Under the pieces are notes generated by a model. It saw only the letters and a list, made by a program, of their open reading frames with translations, was not told the origin of the DNA and did no database searches. Shown here piece after piece: positions 63,686-64,000 of a DNA stretch of 64,000 nt. Position 1 is the first letter of the stretch. Each line of letters begins with the position of its first letter. This stretch comes from Chamaesiphon sp. (GTDB lineage Bacteria > Cyanobacteriota > Cyanobacteriia > Cyanobacteriales > Chamaesiphonaceae), in the NCBI GenBank assembly GCA_965246715.1, contig CBDFFH010000002.1:128001-192000 (forward strand), given 5' to 3'. A program made the position numbers and the translations under genes.

Positions 63686-64000
63686 CTACTCATTCATAGT
63701 CTTAAATGTAGCTACGGCAGATGGCGATTGACCGCTGAGGTACCGGAAGATCCAGTATTTGAAGACTGTATCGATAAATACGGGGAAGGTGGCAATGAAC
63801 AGGGAGTTGAATGCTGGGTTTTCGGGGATGCCTAAATGGACGGCGGTACCTTGGAGGATGACTTCCCAGCCGTGGGGAGAGTGAAAGCCGACGAAAGTAT
63901 CGGTGACGAGGATAATGATAAAGGCTTTGGCCGTGTCGCTGAGTCCAGAGACAAGATCGTCGAGGAAGGATTTGAGTACGACGATCTGTTGTTTGCCATT
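63686..64000 (-). CDS. CemA/PcxA-family proton extrusion protein, 3' end only
   Basis: Manual translation: [31 protein letters not shown]...[37 protein letters not shown]. Confidence 0.9.
   Translation of the reverse strand, partial: NGKQQIVVLKSFLDDLVSGLSDTAKAFIIILVTDTFVGFHSPHGWEVILQGTAVHLGIPENPAFNSLFIATFPVFIDTVFKYWIFRYLSGQSPSAVATFKTMNE

Overview
64 kb of cyanobacterial chromosome. The very high CGATCG/HIP1 density, heptamer tandem repeats and gene style suggest a Chamaesiphon-like organism (inference). Housekeeping genes include cysC, cbiB, gltD, metH, egtC, chlP, ocp, ruvX, nth, nrtP-narB, two pilins with two SPINDLY-type O-GlcNAc transferases, and a partial cemA-family gene. Two accessory regions stand out. 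(1) 10.8-17.7 kb: an AraC regulator split by two +1 frameshifts, whose repaired C-terminus runs into a double-glycine leader plus a 53-aa core. It is followed by three GG-leader precursor proteins, a C39-peptidase ABC exporter and HlyD. (2) 21.3-33.4 kb: a variable region downstream of metH. It holds a 1.37-kb direct duplication of the metH 3' end (identical centre, synonymous SNPs only at the edges) enclosing AT-rich cargo, followed by small TA-like gene cassettes separated by conserved hairpin-bearing repeats, plus a deleted ISAzo13 element. No rRNA, tRNA or CRISPR array was recognised. Family assignments come from motif recognition by eye, not database searches.
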